DNA of 52,035 nt, the filler included, from Squatina squatina (lineage: Eukaryota), in assembly GCA_031763465.1 (NCBI GenBank). It is 3 parts of 3 records of this genome, joined end to end, with 100 filler letters (N's around TTAATTAATTAA, not from the genome) between each part and the next. Parts side by side here need not be neighbours in the genome. Positions count along the whole stretch, not along the records: positions 34,071 to 52,035 come from JARFOE010000168.1; 2 more parts are not named here. One strand, written 5' to 3'. The position numbers and the translations under genes are program-made. The notes beneath the pieces were generated by a model, which did no database searches, was not told the origin of the DNA, and was given only the letters and a program-made list of their open reading frames with translations. Positions 46,179 through 52,035 of the stretch are shown in pieces; the first letter of the stretch is position 1, and each line of letters opens with the position of its first letter.

Positions 46179-46758
46179 TCATATCACTTTTGCTGTGTCA
46201 CTTTCTAGCTCCCTCTTATGGCACTGTTCAGTGACCTAATATTCCTTTTCTACCTTAAATAACAACCAACTTTAGGAAGCTGAATGTCTCATTTCTTCAC
46301 TCTGCAATGAGTGTGTTCTGGTACCTTCTTCGGTAGTCAGATGAATGTGTTTACTGGTGAAAAATAATACAGCAGGAGTTCTATGTGGCAGTTTATAGAG
46401 ATTCTCTTCCCTGTCTGCTGCAGCATAATGTTGGTTTTCTAGATGCATTCAAATTTTAAATTAGTTTTATTGAATATAATTTAAAGGTCACCATCAAGAC
46501 CAACAGCTGAGACTCGTATATTGTCTTTCAAGTTCCATGGTGCCTTACAGAGAGTTAACACTGAGCAGAAAGTAGGAGAGAAGTCCAGTGAAATGACCAA
46601 AGGCGAGGTCAAAAAGGTTAACTACCCAAAATGGCCCAATTAACTCCAAGCCTCCCCACTGCTTCCTATTTGTGCTTTTTTTTGCCATTTAAAAGGAATC
46701 AAAAGATGAGACACGAGTGCTTTGTTGTGCTTGGATCTCGAGGAGTGGCATTGACTAA

Positions 46759-46947
<189 letters not shown>

Positions 46948-48501
46948 TGAAACTATGTGTGATCGACACAAGTCAATCCACTCAAACAAGTCAAACATGG
47001 GTTAAAGAGTGAACAAATCTTATTCCCTTGAGACTTGGGATCCAGGAGCCAGCGGAGGTGGATACAGTATTCCAAAGGTGACCTCACAAATAAGTTAAAA
47101 TAATCTGTGCGGACGGATGCTCAGCTGTCCTGAACACCATCCTANNNNNNNNNNNNNNNNNNNNNNNNNNNNNNNNNNNNNNNNNNNNNNNNNNNNNNNN
47201 NNNNNNNNNNNNNNNNNNNNNNNNNNNNNNNNNNNNNNNNNNNNNNNNNNNNNNNNNNNNNNNNNNNNNNNNNNNNNNNNNNNNNNNNNNNNNNNNNNNN
47301 NNNNNNNNNNNNNNNNNNNNNNNNNNNNNNNNNNNNNNNNNNNNNNNNNNNNNNNNNNNNNNNNNNNNNNNNNNNNNNNNNNNNNNNNNNNNNNNNNNNN
47401 NNNNNNNNNNNNNNNNNNNNNNNNNNNNNNNNNNNNNNNNNNNNNNNNNNNNNNNNNNNNNNNNNNNNNNNNNNNNNNNNNNNNNNNNNNNNNNNNNNNN
47501 NNNNNNNNNNNNNNNNNNNNNNNNNNNNNNNNNNNNNNNNNNNNNNNNNNNNNNNNNNNNNNNNNNNNNNNNNNNNNNNNNNNNNNNNNNNNNNNNNNNN
47601 NNNNNNNNNNNNNNNNNNNNNNNNNNNNNNNNNNNNNNNNNNNNNNNNNNNNNNNNNNNNNNNNNNNNNNNNNNNNNNNNNNNNNNNNNNNNNNNNNNNN
47701 NNNNNNNNNNNNNNNNNNNNNNNNNNNNNNNNNNNNNNNNNNNNNNNNNNNNNNNNNNNNNNNNNNNNNNNNNNNNNNNNNNNNNNNNNNNNNNNNNNNN
47801 NNNNNNNNNNNNNNNNNNNNNNNNNNNNNNNNNNNNNNNNNNNNNNNNNNNNNNNNNNNNNNNNNNNNNNNNNNNNNNNNNNNNNNNNNNNNNNNNNNNN
47901 NNNNNNNNNNNNNNNNNNNNNNNNNNNNNNNNNNNNNNNNNNNNNNNNNCTTGTGCATAGACCGGATGGGTCCTGAATCTCTCGGTTGACTGGGAAGTGG
48001 TTTCCAATGGTGTGTTCCCATTCCTCCGTAGAAGTATAACCAGGATCTATGAACAAACATATCAGTCACAGTGATCACTGTGCAGGTGATAGAGAGGTGC
48101 TGTGCCTGGTGAAGGATGTTCTTGACATCGGGAGGCTTATCCACCTCAGGGTCCTTCGTAAGATTAAAATGGTCTCTGGGTTTTGAGGTTGTTGGAAAAA
48201 ACACTCCTGAGGAATGGTTGGGATCCTTATTATGTACCTGGATCTTGGGAATAGACACATTCCCTCCAGCAAATTATTCCTGATTGATTGAAAACCTTCC
48301 AGTGTTTTACCTGGTTCGTGCCAGGGAGAGACATCCTACTATCAGAGGGTGCTTGACATGAGTACACCATTGGATTGTGTCTCTGGATTGCTTTTTAAGA
48401 CTGAAGCTTTAGTTAGCAGTGCCATTGCTGTGTGTGAATTCGATGTATCTCAATCCAAGTTCTGCACCTCAATGTCATGTCTTTCTCTGTGCTCTTTATA
48501 G

Positions 48502-48531
48502 TCTGAGGCAGGTGATTGGAAGCCCGAAAAG
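48502..48531 (+). CDS. Candidate 30-nt frame-preserving microexon (host gene unknown)
   Basis: ctttctctgtgctctttatag|TCTGAGGCAGGTGATTGGAAGCCCGAAAAG|gtaatg. Downstream (TG)n run and TGCATG at 48567-72. Confidence 0.5.
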
Positions 48532-49569
48532 GTAATGTTTTCTTGTGTGTGTGTGTGTGAGCCTGCTGCATGTTAGTGTGAGTTAGAGTTTAAGCAATTC
48601 CCAGTGGGATTCGTGTGTGATATCACAGGAAGACGGGTTCAATACAACTCTCGTCGTGCCCTTCAGTCAACACCTATCTGAAGTCCTACGTTTAACTTGT
48701 AGCAAGGGCAGCCATATTTCTTGAACTGAATTGTCTCATTGCCTTATTGGATAAAGTTAATAATTTAGATGCACATCTTTACACGGGGTCCTCGGTGTCT
48801 AACAGTCTCTCAATTATCTTTGGTTCTCATTTGTTGGTCATCAGGAGGNNNNNNNNNNNNNNNNNNNNNNNNNNNNNNNNNNNNNNNNNNNNNNNNNNNN
48901 NNNNNNNNNNNNNNNNNNNNNNNNNNNNNNNNNNNNNNNNNNNNNNNNGTAAAACACAAACCGCTTCAGCTGCTGAGCAAGTGACACTTGCAGGCTCTTT
49001 GACCGTGGAGAGTCCTGTCTGTAAGGTAACAGCTCCCGTAATAAACAGCTCCTGTAACAAGTGACACTGGATCCCAGCCCTGTCCTGTCCTAAGGGTTGC
49101 AGGCTGGGCTCATATTTCTCATTAATTTGAATAATGTCACTGTACCTTGAGAACTAACTGGAAGGAGAAAGGGGATTATTGGCTTTATGATTCCTTACAA
49201 CTGACAAGCACTGTTACTTTTGTAAAGATGGAAATNNNNNNNNNNCATTGTTTGCTTAAGTGAGGAGGAGAAAAAAAAACTAGCAGGAGAATGCAGTCCA
49301 GCCAGTGAGTCAAGTTATACTTATCCAAAAACACAAGGAGCAAAGCCAGTGAGAGAACACAGCTGGCGAGCGAGTTACAGCTCTGGGCTGTGCTGATGCC
49401 AGTCAGGGTGGAGAAGGAGGATGCTATAACTGGCCTCAGTACCCCCAGGTGAAGTTGATGCCAGGTGGGGAACGGGTCTGGACACAGCTGTGAGATCCCC
49501 CACAGCTGAATAGCCTGCTGTAAATTTATACAAGAATGGCCATTTTGGCAGGTACACCAGGGCTGCTGG

Positions 49570-49826
49570 GCCCCGCTCCCCTCACCTAGGCCGGGCTCGG
49601 TGCCCCGCTCTCCTCACCCCGGGGCCAGGCTCCGTGTCCGACTCGGTGCCCTGGTGCCCCGCTCCCCTCACCCCGAGCCGGGCTCGGTGCCCCGCTCCCC
49701 TCACCCCGGGGCCAGGCTCTGGGGCCGACCTGGTGCCCTGGTGAACCGCTCCCCTCACTGTGGGGCCGGCTCTGTGTCCTGCTCCCCTCACCCCGGGGCC
49801 AGGCTCCGTGTCCGACTCTGTGCCCT
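49570..49826. repeat. GC-rich compound minisatellite
   Basis: Recurring gtgccccgctcccctcaccccggggcc(a)ggctc core in alternating short and long units, running into a gap. Confidence 0.9.
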
Positions 49827-50122
49827 NNNNNNNNNNNNNNNNNNNNNNNNNNNNNNNNNNNNNNNNNNNNNNNNNNNNNNNNNNNNNNNNNNNNNNNNNN
49901 NNNNNNNNNNNNNNNNNNNNNNNNNNCGCACCTTATGGTGATATTGCAAGAGAAGGAATTTATGCGTTAGAACAAACACGGCCTTCTTGTTCTTCAGCAC
50001 GATGCTGCCTAGCAACCGAGACAACACATCCGGCCTGTCAAAAAAAAGACAAAGTTTAAAAAACAAGTTATGAGTATGCAGCCTCTTTAAGCAGTGCTCA
50101 CTGAGGGGAGGGGAGGGGAACG

Positions 50123-50336
50123 GAACTCCCCTGCTCTTCTTCAAATAATCTCACTGGATCTTTTACGTCCACGGGAGGGGCAGACGGGGCCTCGGTTTAA
50201 GGTCTCATCCAAATGACGGCCCCTCCGACAGTTCGCACTCCCTCAGTACTGCCCTGGGAGTGTCAGACTGGATTTTGTGCTCAAGTGAGTGGGACTTGAA
50301 CCCACGGCCTTCTGACTCAGAGGCGACAGTGCCCAC
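50123..50336 (-). mobile_element. DeuSINE 5' half (tRNA-like head plus Deu core)
   Basis: Minus strand: gcctctgagtcagaaggccgtgggttcaagtccc (B box)...cagtactgagggagtgc...ggatgagaccttaaaccgaggccccgtctgccc...gtggacgtaaaagatcc. Confidence 0.8.
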
Positions 50337-51129
50337 GACATAGCCATGGTGGACACCTGGCAAACTGCTTCTCACCGCTGTGTGTTCAGGCTGGGAGCAG
50401 CTGGACCAGGTGAGGTCCGAGGGCCAAGTCCTGCTCCCCCAGATCTCGCGCTCTCACTCACCGTTCTGCAAAGACCACACTCACCCTGCCCCTAATACGA
50501 CCACGCCAGAACCCACGCTCTCCAACCAACGTTCCGGCACNNNNNNNNNNNNNNNNNNNNNNNNNNNNNNNNNNNNNNNNNNNNNNNNNNNNNNNNNNNN
50601 NNNNNNNNNNNNNNNNNNNNNNNNNNNNNNNNNNNNNNNNTGGAGTGGAAGAGTGTGTGAGGGGGAATTAAGGGCAAAAGAAAATAGGCCATTGGTTAAA
50701 GAGGAAGAGACGCACAGAACTGTCCCAAGTTCAGCACTTATTTGGCAATCTCACGGCCATGTGTAATGGTTAAACCTGTATTCCTGTGGATACTAACAGA
50801 TCTTATTGTAGCTGATTAATCGCGCTAAATGTCCCTTCACCAACCCTCGTGGTTCACAAACCAGTGAGCAAGAAATACAGGCAGTTGTTTGGTTTGTGCG
50901 CTGGATGGTCAGGGCTCGTGGTGGGGGGTGGCGAGAAGAGCTGTTCTTTCAGGGTTTGGGCAGAGGAAAAGGGATACTGATGTGGGAGTGCTTAATGCAC
51001 CGGGTGTCTGAAATGCTAAGTGTTCCACTCCCCGACGATAACATCCCTCACCTCAGTGAGTACAAAGGAAGCTGGAAAGTTGGGTGTTCAGCCTGGGTCC
51101 CGTTGGCTCCCAGTCTGACAACGCCATGA

Positions 51130-51430
51130 TTTAAAAACACTCGTCTTTGTTTGCAAATCCCTCCGTAGCCTCACCCCTCCCTATCTTTATAACCTCCACC
51201 ATTGGTGGTCATGCCTTCAGCTGCCTTGGCCCTAAGCTCTGGAATTCCTTCCCTAAACCTCTCCGCCTTTAAGACCCCCCTTAAAACCTACCTGTTTGAC
51301 CAAGCTTTTGGTCACCTGTCCTAATACCTCTTTATGTAGCTCGGTGTAAAATTTTGTTTGATAACGCTCCTGTGAAGTGCCTTGGGATGGTTTGCTATGT
51401 TAAAGGCACTATTAAAAATACAAGTTGTTG
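51130..51430 (+). mobile_element. L2 LINE 3' end
   Basis: Same family as 20792-21255, ending caagttgttgt. Confidence 0.85.
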
Positions 51431-51508
51431 TGGGATGAATGGATGTCCCACTCTGAGCTCTGTGTGTGCTGGTGCTGCAATCTATGACTGTTTCTCTCTG
51501 TGCCACAG

Positions 51509-51662
51509 GAACACATCATGGAGATCTTCTCTACCTACGGGAAAATTAAGCTGATTGACATGCCACTGGACCGCATGCACCCGCACCTGTCCAAGGGCTA
51601 TGCCTATGTGGAGTTTGAGAACCCAGACGATACAGAGAAGGCTCTGAAGCATATGGATGGAG
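51509..51662 (+). CDS. RNPS1: RNPS1 RRM-domain exon
   Basis: gccacag|GAA CAC...GGA G|gtaac, 154 nt. Translates EHIMEIFSTYGKIKLIDMPLDRMHPHLSKGYAYVEFENPDDTEKALKHMDG, including RNP1 KGYAYVEF. Confidence 0.95.
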
Positions 51663-52035
51663 GTAACAGCCAATGCAGAGACAAGGCTTCACTGTGTGGC
51701 TTTTAACAGTGGAACAATCCATCATCAGTCAACAATCACCAGAATACGGCAGCATTTACAGACTGGCCAAAATCATCAGCAAAGCAACAGCAGCATTACT
51801 AATAAACTACGAAATGCTTCTGTATGCCAATATGTGGGCTTGTTTCAAATGTCCTGCCTAAATGGGGAAAATAATCTTGTACATTGTGCAGTGGTATTTG
51901 AGATTACAGCACTGTAGAGTATTTGAACTGCTTTATAGGGTGATTGCTCAGTTCCTTCTTCCTATAGCTTTCCAAGTGTCGGAAACTGGTGTACTTAGCT
52001 TGGAGTCTTCCTACACTGTGATTTGATATCTGAGT

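Noticed and set aside
47084-48056. Long ORFs of about 290-390 aa in the ORF track
   Set aside because: They consist almost entirely of the N gap.
49582-49941. Pro/Gly/Arg repeat ORFs
   Set aside because: Products of a GC-rich tandem repeat, open on both strands, with no splice signals.
50280-50336. tRNA gene (B box gggttcaagtccc on the minus strand); similar signals at about 6410 and 13860-13915
   Set aside because: Each continues directly into a SINE core, and I could not fold a full cloverleaf. These are SINE heads.

Overview
Eukaryotic genomic DNA, almost certainly from a shark or related cartilaginous fish (judged from the CR1/L2 LINE, DeuSINE and Harbinger repeat landscape and vertebrate exons). 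It is not a continuous locus. Short contigs (mostly 0.6-2.7 kb) are joined by mostly fixed 100-N gaps, and two artificial 44N-TTAATTAATTAA-44N linkers (13671-13770, 33971-34070) split the window into three unrelated blocks. Block 1 (1-13670) has exons of ACTR10(-), ARMH4(+) and SLC35F4(+), as in human 14q22-23, plus an out-of-place NOVA1-like coding fragment. Block 2 (13771-33970) has exons of LRBA(-) and GALNTL6(-), as in human 4q31-34, plus several CNE-like contigs. Block 3 (34071-52035) has exons of ATP6V0C(-), TBC1D24(-), VASN(+), SEC14L5(+) and RNPS1(+), as in human 16p13.3. Gene calls come from my recall of the vertebrate proteins plus GT-AG boundaries and phase consistency, not from a database search. 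I found no prokaryotic-type system (CRISPR, defence locus) and no convincing new biological system. The best leads are two SLC35F3-like alternative N-termini in SLC35F4, the orphan NOVA1 fragment, a 30-nt candidate neural microexon, and an unidentified candidate exon with two SUMO motifs.
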